Below, one piece after another: positions 1-14,300 of a stretch of 64,000 bases of DNA; the stretch's first letter is position 1; each line of letters opens with the position of its first letter. The notes below the pieces were generated by a model. The model saw only the letters and a list, made by a program, of their open reading frames with translations, was not told where the DNA came from and made no database searches. This DNA is from Euglena gracilis (taxonomy: Eukaryota). A program made the position numbers and the translations under genes. The stretch lies in contig CP154954.1 in the NCBI GenBank assembly GCA_039621445.1, forward strand, positions 38,177,703 through 38,241,702, given 5' to 3'.

Positions 1-994
1 GGCGAGGCTCTCAGAATCACTGACAAGTCAGCGAGTGAAAAGCCCATCTGAAAATCCCAGAACAGAACAAGTCAGCGGAACCGCCGGAAGGCTGAAGGAA
101 AGACTGAGGGGGGGGGGGGGGGGCAATCAACTGGAATCCTGGACTGTGATTGTGGCACTGAAAAAGCCCAAAAAGGCAGCACCTCGAAATGACACTGCAC
201 AGCCTGCCCCTTAGCACTTGGTGGACCCCTCGACACCACGCCAATGATTGTTTGGCCCGAGATAAATCTTTGTGAATCGTAGAACACATGCACCAACACC
301 ATTTTAAAATGCACCCACTCCCTCCAAGGGGGAAAACCTTCACATTATTGACAAAAATGCGATGGGGTGGTTGGAATTGTCCTCCTGAAGCCCAGCAGTG
401 CTCCCTCCCAGATCCACCATGCTGAAGTTCGGCCGGTCGTCTCTGCTTTGGCCACTGGTGCACTTCACACGGCGCACACTTCACACAGTGGCAAGCGACG
501 GAGGAAGGCGAAGTCAGTGATGGCATTGCCCGAAATACACGTCCAGGCAACAGGAGAGGGGAAGTGTTTCCATGGTTCCCAAAGTGGGGGACAAACATGG
601 AAATGCAACGGTGTTTTGGTCCCACGTCTGCTGCGAAAAGATAATGGGCAACAGGGGTGGGGGGATGATTGTCCATTCAAATTGTGACTGCCTGGAAAAG
701 ACGGACAAATTAAAAGACAAACAAAAAAATCAGAGATTAAAAAAGCGATGAAATTAATGAGATCACAAAAAGTGATGAAGTGTATTTGTGCTTCAGGATT
801 TGCTGACCACCTGGGGAGGGCTGGACTAAAGTTTTTTGTGCAAAAATGGGCCGGCTTTTTCGGGGTTCAACAGGTCCACAGCAAAGCCTCCTGAAAAAGA
901 AAGTTTTTGTTCGGGCTTTTCTCGTCTTGCTGAGTTTCCTGCCTAAAAATTGCGACCATTCCAGGTTTTTCTTCCCTCCCGGAAGACACCCCAC

Positions 995-3482
995 CAGGGG
1001 AGATTCCAGCTGGTGGGTGTGCGGCCGCATCCAGTGGAACCGCAGTCTGACTGACCCAGCCAGGGAGGGGGTGGGCTGGATGGTGTGTCCGCTGGGAATG
1101 CAACCGCCTGGCTGGCTGGCGGCGGCATCCGGCTGGGGGGAAGGGCGCCAGTGGCCGGGCAGCGGCCGGGCGGCGCCGAGCAGGGCCTCCTGGCCGGGCG
1201 CCAGCCGGTGGGCGGGGCGGTCGGGGCGGTCGGGGCGGGAGGGTGGTCCCGCCCCGGCGCCGTCGTCGGCGCTGACGGGCACCGTGGCGGCCGTCGCCCG
1301 GGAGGACGTGCCGCCAGGGCGGGGGGCCGTACCCCCTCCTCGCCCTCCCCCCGGCCACCGACGGAAGCCCCAGGACGGGGGGGACCACGGCGCCGGGGCT
1401 GCCCGGGACCCGCCGCCCTGGGTGCTCTCCTGGCGCTCTCGGTCGCCCCCGGCGGCTGTCCCCCGGGGGGAAAGCATTCCCCGCCCAGCGTGCCGGCGGG
1501 CCGCGCTGTGGCTGCCGGCCTGGCGTGGGCCCGGCGTGGGCTGGCGCTGGCCGCAGGCGGGGCCAGCGCCGAGGGCTGATGGCCCCCATTCCCTCAATCT
1601 CTCGTATCAGTGGCAGGGCTTGGGGGGGGGGGGACGAGGGAGAAACAAACAAAGACAAACGGGTGCAGCGGGAAAAAAAACCAAAGCACGGAAAGGAATG
1701 GGGTCCCCATCAAAGTGCAGCCACCTTCCACCACGGCTGACACCCAAGGTCCCGAAGTGCCTGTTCTCGGTGTTAATGTTAATTATGACTGTCTCTGATG
1801 TCAAAGGCCCTATTATATGTTTTCCTCTGAGCAGTTTTGTATTTTCAAAGGTATGTATTCCCCTCATATTGTGCACAGCTTTGCATTTTTATTCAAACAC
1901 ATCAATGCGGTTTCAGGAATTTTTCATTTATTTTTCATATTTAACTTCGTCTGTGATTGTCATGAAAGAATTGTGAATAAATGCCAAATTTGAAAATTAT
2001 AGGCAGATGTACAAAAAAATGGGATAACGCCGAAATACTGTCTCCCTAAAATGAATACCTGCTGGCTCGGGTCTTCTGTTCCACCGCCACCGTCCCACTC
2101 TTGAAAGAAAATCAAGGAAAATAAATTAAGGACGTCCGATGAGAATGTCCGATTATGAGGTCCGATGTCTAAATGATGCACACCCCAGATAAAAATATTG
2201 GGGTACACTTTTTGCGAAATGCTCCGGAAAACCGGTAAGAAAATTCGAAATCTGGACGAAAAATGCGCACAAATGCACATCCTGGAAAAAATCAAAGAAA
2301 ATTGCTCAACAAATCGCCCGTTTGGGGGCACGCCTGTTCGCTTCCGCGATGGGGTCGGTTTCGAGCCGGTGCGGTGGGCCCGGGTGGGGACCCCCACCGT
2401 CCCCGGCGCGACCCTCGCCGCCGCCGCCGCCGCCGCCGCCGTGTGGGTGCCGGCCGCCACCGCCCGCAGCCCAGGGCGGCTGCCTCTGCCAAACCCTCCT
2501 GTCCTTCCCCAGAGCGGTGGCTTTCCCCAGGCTCAACAGGTGGCCAACGGGTCTGGCCGCCCAGCGCCCCGCAACAGCCCGGCCCCACAATTGGGCCTTC
2601 GGGGCGGTGAGGGGAGACGCAGCCGCCCTGCCGGAGCCCGCGGCCCGTCTCGCCCCTTCTTGGTCCCTCGCTTGATCTTCGGCGGTCGCCCCCCAGCCCC
2701 GTCGCGGCGGCGCACACCCCCGGCTCAGGCCTCAAGGGGAAAACATGCAACAAGGCCCCTCAAAATATGCAATGCAACAAATGCAAAAGAAATGCGTTGC
2801 ATGCAGTCGCTCCTTAGGAGCTGCTGTACACTTTCCTGGAGAGGACTTAGAATTTTCATCTCCTCCCGGGAATGTTTTCCAACATTATTTGCTGCGCAAC
2901 GCGGTGCACAGCATATGCATCTATAATTTGCATTTGCTACATCAGAGCTCGGTAGGGGATTGCCGCAGCAGCAAGGGGAGGATGGGAAGGCTGGGGGGTC
3001 TGCCAGTGACTAAGTCATTGTGTGGGCAGGGCAGGGCACAGCCCGAGACCCCCACCCTCAGCAGGGGTGGACGCCGGCGGCGATTGGTGGGTGCCGCACG
3101 GCCCGGGTCGCATCCGCAGAGCCACCGGCCTCGCCGCCAACAGCACGCCTGGGCTGGGGAAGGGCCACGACAGCATTCCCCAACCCATCTCCTGAAGCTG
3201 TGCATCCGTCCGCCGGGAGCATCTCTCCCGTGGAAAAGAGCAACGACACCTCGCACGGCACCAAATGCATGGGGCTCAAATGGGGTGGGCAGCTTGACTG
3301 TGGGGGTGGGCACGTCGTTGGCCGGGCACACTGGGCACCGGAGGCCGACTGGTGGAGGGCGGGGGGGGGGGGGGGGCAGCCCAGGCGTGGGAGGTTCCCG
3401 GGAAGAGGGCGGGCCGCAGAGGGATGAGCAGTGCCACCGGCACCGGGGCGGAGCTGCCGAGCGGGCTGGCGGGGACCGACTC
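995..3482 (-). CDS. Probable further GC-rich exons of the same gene (~3482-3070, ~2730-2335, 1575-995); frames uncertain
   Basis: Very GC-rich blocks preceded by minus-strand AG acceptors (3482, 2730, 1575); several frames open. Confidence 0.4.
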
Positions 3483-6400
3483 TGCAGCGCAAGGCGAAGC
3501 GCGTTGGATTCTGGTTTCAAAAACAGGCACTTCACAGCATCCGACTTGTCGCCTGACAAACGCCGAGGACATTTCCGGCCACTGGCACTGAGCGGGATGT
3601 CCTGCACGATAAAAAGGTCGGAAGTCATTAATTTGACCAAAGAGATGCAGTGCAAACAATTCAAAAGGGGGGACAAGAGCAGTCAGGGAATACCTGGAGA
3701 CCCTTCCTGGAGGCTGGGAAACGTTGCTCCAACGTCAGCCCCGAGATGCACTGTCAGCGGTGAAAACCGGTGCCTCGGCGCCATGTGCAGCAATGGGTCA
3801 TCCAACACTTCACCAAAAATTGGGCGCTTGAGTCGATCGTTTTCAGTGTCAAATTTTAGTGTCAAATACTATTGATTCATTTTTGATGGAACACCACTTT
3901 TGTCTCGTTGCTCAACAGGCACATTGTCAATAACCCTCGGGGAAAGTCCTTTGTGCTTCGACCGGCAAGCACGCACGCACGGACGCGTACGCACACCCAC
4001 GTACGCGCACACACACACTTGAACACGCACACACAGACACATGAGGGTTGTTTGGGTCCCACCTTGGTCCAAACCAGTTGAAAAAATGGTCGGGGGGAGC
4101 GGGGTGGTGCGTTGTACATGTCAACACAGCAACGCCTCCCCTCCAACGCTCTCACAGCAACGCCCTCGGTTGCTTATTCAGGGCATCCCAGCTTCCGTCC
4201 AGCGTCACGCCAGGGCTGGAGTGGGTGCGGCGCCCCCTCTGTGGCACCGTCACCCCCGGCTGTGAAGGGGGTGGGGGGAAGGGCAGGACCACAGCCTGGC
4301 AGGGTTGCCCTCCCCCTGAGCTGCCATGGCGTGAAGGCGACCGTGTCGAAAGGCTCACCTTGGTGGGTCCCATGGGGGCGTCCCAGGAACCGCTGTTGGT
4401 CGGGAGGAGCAGCTACACAGGGGTGGGGGTCAATGGCATGGCTGCAAAAATGGACCCCGGCTGCAAGGGGAAAAGAACCAGAAATGAATTAGGAACACCT
4501 GGTGGGTGGAAATGTGTAGAGCTCCCGTTCGACGAATGGTGAAGAAGGTGCGTGGCATCCGGGTCAGCCGTTCTGGCACCGTCGGACCCCGCTGGAAGCG
4601 TTTGGCACGGCTGCTGGCGGGGAAATCAGCCAGATTGCCCTCTTGGAGGGGACGTGGAAGAGGACAGGGGAAGGGTGTGAAAACCCAAAGAAAACATGTG
4701 TTGTGTTTCTGAGTTGGTTCGAGATTGTGTTTTGTGTGTTTTTTCAAGTACCAAAAGAATAAAGAAGAAACAAGATCGTTCCGTTGAGCTTTGACTGTCA
4801 CTTGCTGCATTTGGCCATCGCTCCACTGGAAATGACAGAAGAACAACACCATTGCTGTTCAAGGAACCCGAAACGTCGCGCGACGGCAGACCCCATGGGA
4901 CTCGAAACGGCAACGCTTCTGCAGCCTTGGCCTTGCGAAAAACCGGTTGGAGTGACCGACCACTGCCGTGCCACCCCCAGGCCCTCCCCGGGCCATGGTC
5001 AGGGGGCTTCCCACTGCGCTGACTGCCCCGGTCCAGTGTGGGCGGCGGTGGGGCCGGGAGGCCCCCGCCGGTTGGCCGCACTCCCGCCTGCCGGAGGGCG
5101 CGAGTGCACGAGAAAAACGCAGAGACGTTCGGGCACCGCACCGAAGGGTGCAATGGGGGGCATGCATGTGCAAAATCTTGTTCCGGCGCAGGAAAAGACT
5201 GCGGGACTTCTGTGTCTCAGAGTTGAGAGGGAGAAGGGGCCTCATGGGACGCCTTCTGAAAAGGGAAATTATTTCAACTTGTCATTCTGTTGCCTGGGAG
5301 CCGCTTAGCAAACCTCCCTCCCAAAATGAGACCCCCCCAAGAAACATCCCCTGCCGATTTTCAGAAGAAATCCAAAAACCAGGCTCCATGGGGCGATGGG
5401 CCTTCAGGACTTTGGGGGGATCAATGTCAAAAAGGATAGACCCCCCACCCTAGAACTGTGAAAATGTCCCAAAAAAGGCTGATATTCTGTTTTATTGTCA
5501 CGCATTTTGAAATCGAAATTGGCATCCTTGAGACAACTTTGGATTATTGACAAACAGATTGTTGCTGACCCCATTGTGGGCTCCCCTTCCTGGCTTTTTT
5601 GGCAAAAATGTTGGCCATCCTGGGCTAGTTTGAGCCAATAAGTGCAAGCACATATGGCAATGAAGCATTTCGGGTCATTTGTGTAATTTAGGACACTTTT
5701 TCCGCCACCTCTGGTCAGTCATTCTGGGCCAATTAAGGCTGGTTTCAGGGCTTTTGAAACTTAATGTTCAGGGTTCTGTTATTCCGCCTCGGAGTTGAAT
5801 GATCCCCCCACCCCACTTGGAATCTCTCTATCCTTGACAACCCCCCCCCCACAAAACCTCCCTCTTCCCCAAGACGAACCATCAAACCTCGACTGGTGAC
5901 CCCCCAGAGCGAAACAGAAGCATGAAGAACTTAATGAGAAATGAAAAATGATCCACCAAAAAACCACTTCTCCATAGCAACAACAGGGAGGTTCAGGCTT
6001 TTGCTTAAGGTCCTGGTAGCCAGTCCTGGGTAGCTATTCTATTAGCCACTAGGAAAGGCCATCCGTTCTCATTATTTGACCCTCCCTGGTCCAGAGGGGG
6101 GGGGTCCCCAGACTGGAAAATTTTTCCTCTGGCGCTGCGCGCCGAGGTGGTAATGGGGTTCTAAAAATGTCTTTTAGGGCGATTCTGTTCCCAAAAAAAC
6201 CCCAAAAAATGTCAAAAAATGGGCGTGCGTGCGTGCGCGCGCGTGTGTGTGTGCGTGCACGCGCAAACTGTGTTGTTACAGAATGCTAACCCCCCCCCAA
6301 ATAATACCCCCCCGGGGTATTATTTTTTTGCCCGAAGTCCCGGCCCGAGGGGGGTATTATTTGGGGGGGTATTATTTTCCAAAAATTTTCGAAATTTTTT

Positions 6401-9400
6401 GAAGTTCCGTAGGAGCCAAAATAAACCCCCCCCAAATAATACCCCCCCCCAAATAATACCCCCCCCAAATAATCCCCCCCCCCCCTTGGGGTCCGACTTC
6501 GGCCGCCGAAATAATACCCCCCCCCCCCTGGTTTCGGGCCGAAGGCCCGGATTTTTGACCTGAAAATGTAGGTAAAAATCACAATTTCTGACAACAAATT
6601 ATGGAAAAAATGGATTTTTCTGGCTCATCTGACCTCCAAAAATGGTAAATTTCACAAGAAAGCGCAAAAAATGACCCCAAAGGGCGGTTTTGGGTGCTAT
6701 TTTGGGTTTTACGGGACTTCGGAAAATTTCGAAAATTTTGGAAAAATAATACCCCCCCCCAAATAATACCCCCCCCCCTCGGGCCGGGACTTCGGGCGAA
6801 AAAATAATACCCCGGGGGGGGGGGGTATTATTTGGGGGGGGTTAGCACCAAAACCCCGCTTTGGGGTCATTTTTTTGTACTCTCTTATGAAATTTAGCCT
6901 TTTTTGGAGGTCAGATGATCCAGAAAAATCGAATTTGTTGTCAGAGATTGTAATTTTTACCTACATTTTCAGGTCAAAATCCGGGCCTTCGGCCCCAAAC
7001 CGGGGGGGGGGGTATTATTTTTTCGCCCGAAGTCCCGGTCCGAGGGGGGGGGGTATTATTTGGGGGGGGGGGTATTATTTGGGGGGGGTATATTTTGGGT
7101 TTAACTTGATCATGTGTATCTTTTTGCATGTTTCATGCTGGACCTTTTTTGCATTTTATTCATTTTTGTCAATTGAGCTATAAGTGAATGTCACTTTTTT
7201 TTGTGCTTTATTTCTTCCCTCTTGCTTTCCCCCCAGAAATGATTCTCAAATTATCTTTTCTTGTCCTTTCAAATTTTGTCTGTTCTGTCCAGCATCTTCC
7301 CTTCTTTTTGCTGGAGGGGGGTTCAAGGATTCGGGGTGGACATACATGGGTGGGGGATGACCAGTCAAGGTTACATGGCTTCTGCTCACAACCCCCTGGT
7401 CCAAATTCGGGGGCGCGAATGTTTTTTTTCTGGCCCCCAAAACATTCCAAAAATGCACACACGTACGAACACACACACACACATATGCACGCACGCACAT
7501 GCGCATGCACACACATGCAAACATGTGTCAGCACACATGCACACACGCACACACGAAACACATGCACGAACATGTATGCACATGCACATGCACACACACA
7601 TATGTGCACACACACCACTGCCCGCCTCTCTGCCGTCGCCCGGCTGCAGCACTCCACCATGGTTATCACTCCATTGAGGAACTCCCCCGTTGTCGACCGC
7701 ACCGCCATTGCTGTCGCTGCCGCTGCCCCCCACCCCTGGCCAGGGCACCGGCGGCCGCCCAGGCCCGCCCGCTGGCACTGCCGCCACCGGCACGCCTCCC
7801 GCTGCCGGCCGCAGGGAGGGCCGGAGGGGGCGGGGTGGCCGCTGGGGGAAACGTTGGACCCCTCGCACCCAGGGACCACCACTGCCTCCTGCGAAAACTG
7901 CCCGCCCCTCCCTGGGCGCGGGTGCAGGCTGCGTCCCCAACGCCATGCCTGGCACACCTGTGGTGTCAGCAGCGGAAGAGAGGGGACGTGGCGATGCACG
8001 GTGAGGACCCAGAGGATGATTTCTCTCGTTTCTGGAGTTTGGCAAAATCAAAAACAAAAGGGGGAACAGTTTGGATAATTGCTTCAAAATAAGACCTCTA
8101 TGTCCCTCCCCATTATTTGTTTGTTTCGCATCATTTTGGTCTGGGGTGCCTCCCTCAGCTGCAATGGCCCACACAGCCACACCTGCCGCCCCGGGCCACA
8201 GGCCACCGACCATCACCGCCTCAACCTCCCCCTCCAGTACCGCCGCCTCCCCCTCCTCCCCGTCGTCCTCCTCCTCCTCGGCCTCGGCCTCCTCCCTCTC
8301 CGCCTCGCCGGGGCCGGGCCTTACCCGGCCCCCCTGCCGCACCCCCGCGCTGTGCGCCGGCAGGGGCGGCCCGTGGCGGCACGCCGTGAGGTTGGCCAGG
8401 CTGGGCCGGCTCCATGCATCTCTTTAAGCACCCGGGGGGGCAGGGTTGTTGGGCTGGGGCTGGGAATTTGGACTGGTGGCCTTGGGGGGGGGGGGGGCTG
8501 GACCCCAGATTTCCGATGCAAAGTGCCGGAAATTGGGGGGAGAGGATTTGAAAAAAGCCCAAAAATTGCGCTGTTTTGAAGGAAAAAAAATCGGCCAAAA
8601 TATACGCCAAAAAATCCTCTTCTATTGTGGTTGGCGTCGGAAAAAAAATTTGATCTGCTGGGGTCCCGAGCCACAGGGGCGGTGCCCCGTTACTGGCACC
8701 ATTTTTTTGACCTTCCCCCAAGCCCCGTTATTTGGGCACTACTTGCCATCATCAAACGTTGGATCCCGCCCCGATTTTTACTACTAAGGGACCCCCCCCG
8801 GGGGATAACTGGTATGCCATACACACAGATATGCATGCATTTGTATGCATGTGTTTGTATACATATGTTCATGTATGTACTCGCGGCAGGCAAGAATTGT
8901 GGAATATTTTCGTCCTCACTAACCTCTTGGACCAAAAAAAACTGAGGGTGCCCCGTTATTGGAACCATCTTTTTCGCCCCCCCCCCCCCGCCCCGTTATT
9001 CGGGCACTGCCCACTCAAAGGGCACTGCCCCGTTATTTGGCCGTTATTTGGGGGGGGGGTTACCGCAAAAATGGAATCCTGCCAAGGAGGTCACCTGGAG
9101 GAGGCTCCGCAGAGGCTCTGGGCTCCACCAAACCAGACTCCAGGGAGGCTCCCAGAGACTCAGGCAACCAATTTTGTTGACAGATTCAGCAGCACACAGG
9201 AGCTTGAGAAATTGGCCCCTACAGGGGGCACCAGCCACCCCAAAGAGCCGCCCAACTAAGGTTAATGCGCACGGAGGGACCCTGCTCGGCGCCTTCAGCG
9301 CCTCGCTCGGGTCCCCCCATGTTTTTAACCCTAGGTGGGTGGCTCTTTGGGTTCGCTGAGCACCCTGTAGTGGCCAGTCTTACAAAGCTGAGCGGGACAA

Positions 9401-11354
9401 GCTCAAATGTTTGCAGGAGAATCCTAACCCTAAACCTACTCCTTCAAATGGCCTCAAAATTCCTTTTATGTGATCGTTGTTTACAGTTTGGTGAGGTGAT
9501 GACTGAGTTGGTTACCTACTTGGAGGAGGCTCCGGGGAGGCTCCCAACCAAAAGTGAGGATTCCAAATTTTTGGGGCCCCCGGAAGGGGGTGGTCTGGAT
9601 CTGCCCCCCGGGGTCTGACCCTCTGCTCAAAACCAACGATCACTCAATTATCCGGCTGGACAATTACCCAAAAATGGAATAAGCATCTGACAACCCTGAA
9701 AAGTGCCCCCCTCCCCAAAAAGCCATTTTTGGTCCGTTTCAAAACGTCGAAAATTTTTGGTTCTTTGCAACACCATTTTTGGCCATTTTTTGAACACTTT
9801 TTCGAGAGAAAAAAACTGGTTCTTTGCAACGAAAATTTTCGGTGGACCCACCAAAGAGGGGCCAGCTGGGTTAGCAACAACCCCCCTCCCCTCCGGGAAC
9901 AGCTGGGCTGGGCCGAAATCGGGGCTGGCTGCAGCAGCCCCCCCCCCCCCGGGGGGCCTGCAAACCCCTAAAGTGATGCATGGCCGGCTCCGCACCACGA
10001 TGACGTCGTCGTCCGGGGGGACCTCCTCCGGCAGTCGCCCGGACGGCGTGGGGGTCCACTCCGCCGGCCCCGGCGCCCGCTCCCCCGCCGCCCTCCGGGG
10101 CCCTGGGGCAGAGACCAGGCGGTTCATTAAGACGGAAGGTCTTTGGACTGCCTTTGTTTGCTCACCACTTGCCCAGGGTCGGTGGAACTGAAGTCACTGG
10201 AAAAGCCTGATGGGTCTAAACAGTAAATCCAAAAAATACGGTCAATGACATGAGTTACAAGGCGGGTGTTGAAGAATGAAATTCAACTGTGACAACAAGC
10301 TGCAAAACAAACAGAGAAGAATGTCAGGCTTCTTATTTACCAACCCTGGGGGGGAGGAGGGTGCCTTGTGCTTCGGGGTGCCTGTCCCACAGCAGGCACC
10401 CTCCCCCAAGGGGGGGGGGGTCAGTTTCTGCCACCAGTGCCTGCGGGCCCAGGCAAATTTCCCTTGAAAATGGACATGCCTTTGGTGCCTGGGATGTGCT
10501 GTAGCACTGCCCCACCAAAACCCGACCCCCTGGGGGTCGGAAATGTCCTACCCACCTGCCTGCCATAGCACCCAGCCCCCCCCCCCCGGGGGGGGAGGGT
10601 GCGCACTTGCTGAAAACGAAGCCTGGAAGATAAAGAAAAACACAAAACAGAAAACAGAAACAATAGAATCAGAACGTTGAAGAAAACACTCAGGGAGGGG
10701 AAATTGATACCAAAGGCCTTCGAGAAAAAAAAATGCGGGAAAATTGCGGAAAAATTGATATCAGGAATGTACACATTTCTTCTGGAGGAGGCAAAGAAAA
10801 AAATTTACAATTTCTTCCATTTTGCAACATTAGCGTATATTTTGAGCCGTGGTTCACACGTTTTAAAACAAAAAAGCCCAAAAAAATTACTTTTGGAACA
10901 TAATTCCAAAAAAAACAGGATTTTGGGAACATACCAATTCCAAAAATATGGATTTTGCTGGGCAAAAAAAAAACGAAAATGGCGAAAAAAGATAAAAAAT
11001 TTGGTCTCAGGGAAAATCTGCTCTAGAATGAAAAATTTTTTCTAAGCCAAAATCCAAATAAACCCAAAAAAACCACACAAAGCGTGCAAATTCTGCCAAA
11101 ATTATCAAAATTCAGCAAATTTTTTTGCAAAAAAAAAAACTGCAAGAGAATAGAAAAAATTGCATTCCCTTGCAAACCATTCACAGAATGGCCAAAACTC
11201 ACTTCAGCTTCCATTCAGACTCACGCAGAAAAATTGTGGAAAGGGGGGGGAAACTGCGGGAAAATTGCGGAATATTGCAGAAAATTAAGGAAAACTGCGG
11301 AAATTGTGGAAAAATTGCGGATATCAATTCCCCCGTGACATATTACAGCACACA

Positions 11355-11398
<44 letters not shown>

Positions 11399-14300
11399 AC
11401 ACACAAGCACACACACCACTGCCAGCCGACCCCACAAGCACACTGCTGTCAGCTGCCGCCCCCATGCTGCCCTCCGTGTCCCTCTGGTGAGCAGCTCCGC
11501 CGCCTTCTGCTCCGCCACCACCGTTATCGGCGCTGCCACCGCTGCCGACCCCCGGCACCACACCAGCCCCCGGCCGCTGCGTCAGCGGTTGCCCGGCCCC
11601 ACCGCCTGGCGGCGCTGCAGCCGGTCCCAGCCCGCCTCCTCCTGCCGCTGACCGCAGGGGGGGCTGGGGGAGGGGGCTGGAGTGCAGTGGTGGCAGAGGC
11701 CTCGCCGTGTGGCCAGGCGTTTGCTGTGGCAACAACAATGGGGCACTAGATGGCGTGGTGGGCTGTGTCCTTCCCATTGCACACACCCCAGTGAAGGTGG
11801 CCAAACCCAGGGGCAGCCATGCAAATTTGCCCCTCCCTTCTGTTACAGCAGTCTTATAGCTCGATGTATTTCAGGAAAAGTTCATGAAAAAGAACTGTTT
11901 CATTCACAGCTTCTCGTCACTGCAGGAATTAGGAATGGAAGCTCTTGCACGAACGGCGGCATCATTCATCGCACCACAACCAGGGGTTTTTTTTAAGACC
12001 GGGGGGAGGGGGGGTCCCCCCGGGGGGGTCCCGGGGGACCCACAAAAAATGGACAAAAGTTGCGAAAAATGCTAAAAAAACACTTTTTCGGCGCCGAAAA
12101 GTATATCCCACCCCCCTCCGGGGGGACCCCCCCCGGGGGGGGCTCTGCCGGACCCGGGGTCCACGACTAAAAAAAAACCCCTGACCACAACACCATGGCG
12201 TTGTTTAACCCTGCTGGGGGGGGCACAGCTGGGAGGCTAAATTTCTGAGCTTCCTGGAAAAAGCTGTTGGCTGACCCCCCCCAATCAGGGCACAAGGCGG
12301 AAACTGCTCGCACCGGGTCAACAAAGGATTTTTGTGACAATTACAATGCATGACTTCCAGAACCCAAATAATGCAGTCAGGATATGCAAACTTCCTTGAA
12401 AAGCAGCCTGACAAAAAACCTCTTGAAAACATAAGAACACCCCTCTCAGAGCAAAACAGAGCTAAATGATTGTGTGTGCCTGATGCCGGCTGCAATTTTT
12501 GCTGCGGGAGAGTGGGAGTTTTGCCTTCCCTCTGCTGGGAGTTCTCTTCACTCTTGATATGTCAAAAGCCTTAATTTCAGATTGAGTAATTGCTGTTAGC
12601 TGAGGACCCAAAAACGGCCAGAATTATCAACTAAAATATAAAACCTTCCTGTTTGCCACTCATAATGTGTTCGAACCAAAATTGACGCTGTTTGCCAAAA
12701 GAAAAAGGGTGTAGACAATCAAATAAAAAAAATACACCACCCTTTGAAAAAACCCACCACCCGTTGTCATTTAAATGAAAATTTTCATACTTTCCACTGT
12801 GCTTTTTATTCCAGATATTCCAGAATATTCTGGATATTCCAGAAATTTCTATTCTGGTTTATTCCGGTTTAATCAGGACTGGAATATTGCCCATGTTCAG
12901 GGGTCAAAAATGGTTTCAAATGCGCACGATGACATCATTCTTTCTGTTGCGGGGTGTCACAGAGTCTTTAGAATGGGGAGTAATGATGGACAACTTGCCA
13001 CCGAACTCAACTGGTAATTTGTGGCAATCCTCCTGTGTTCTTTACTGCCCTCATCAACCACCAGCAGCAGAGTTCTCTAACAGCCCATTTCTACCTGGTT
13101 TATTTGTTTGCATGTAAAATTTCCACTGCATTTTGCGACCAACTTCAAGAACCTCCACAACATACCACAAGGATTCAGAAAGCAAGCAAAGGGGTGGACC
13201 TGTTACCCCATCTCCAGAACACCACCTGCCACTGGCAGGTGTCGCACAGGAAAAAGGAGGTGCAGGGACCGGGGCTTTCGTGCATTTTTGGCAAATTTCT
13301 CAATTTGGGGAGGTCAGTCCCGGGGGTTTCACAACTCAGCAACGTGCTCTGGAGGGTCAAAACATCAAACTTGCACAATGCCCCCCAGGGTGGTGTGCCA
13401 CCACTGAAAAGTTGCAAGCATCAACAAATGGAGGGATATGGCATATCACAACCAGCTCAAAAACCTGGACCCCAACCATCAAAAACAAAAGGTTCAAAAT
13501 CTGCAGATCTATGTTGCTGCACCGCCGAAGTTGATGCCCTCCAGAGCGCTGCCCACCCCAAAGGCCTCCTCCGGGCCCTCCCTGGGCGTCGGTGCAAGCT
13601 GTGATTCCCACGCCGTGACCGGTGTGCCTGTGACGGTGGGCACGCCGGCGGAAGACAACCATTAAACCCCAAATAAACCCCAAGGGAGAAAGATAAAGAA
13701 GGGGGAGGTTGAGGTGTTTTGCAAATTTCTGTCACCGCATTCTTTTGGGTTGATTTGTGGCGGATCTCTTCCTTTTGTCTTTTGGTGCATCACACGCATG
13801 AAACGACGTGCTGAATGTCAACTTCTAATCCACCCCACTTTTTCACCCCCTTCTCAAAGCTAACGCCAGCAAAGCTAACACCAGACCTACATCCCTGCGT
13901 TGTCCCTCCATTTAAGTGCACGGGGTGCGTACATTACTGGACCGAAGTTTTGGACCCTCACGGGCGTGACACTTATTTGGACACTGCACACCATTTGGGC
14001 ACAGTGCACTTTAATGGAGGGTGTAAACTCCCCCCCAAATATAAAGCTCGCCCAAATATAAAACCCCCCAGGGATGAGCTTTGCCACCCGAAACAAAGCA
14101 CCCCCCACCAATGCAAATCCCGCCGATGGTGAAATTCAGGAAAAGGAAGAAAAATCTTGGGTGAATGCAACAATTTTTCACCAGAAATTCTCCAGTTTGG
14201 ACAAAAGCTGCACATTTTGGGGGAAAATGGGGATACACAACGAAAATTCGTTAAAAATTGGCATTTGATTACAGTTGAAGCCCGCCACAGTATGTATTGG

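Noticed and set aside
480-560. LRR-like peptide ISGNAITDFAFLRRLPL (minus strand)
   Set aside because: Single short match with no clear acceptor or further repeats
846-3875. Long plus-strand ORFs (376, 242 and 376 aa)
   Set aside because: Antisense shadows of GC-rich minus-strand exons; splice signals and GC3 favour the minus strand
9420-9440. Telomere-like ccctaa
   Set aside because: Only about two degenerate units
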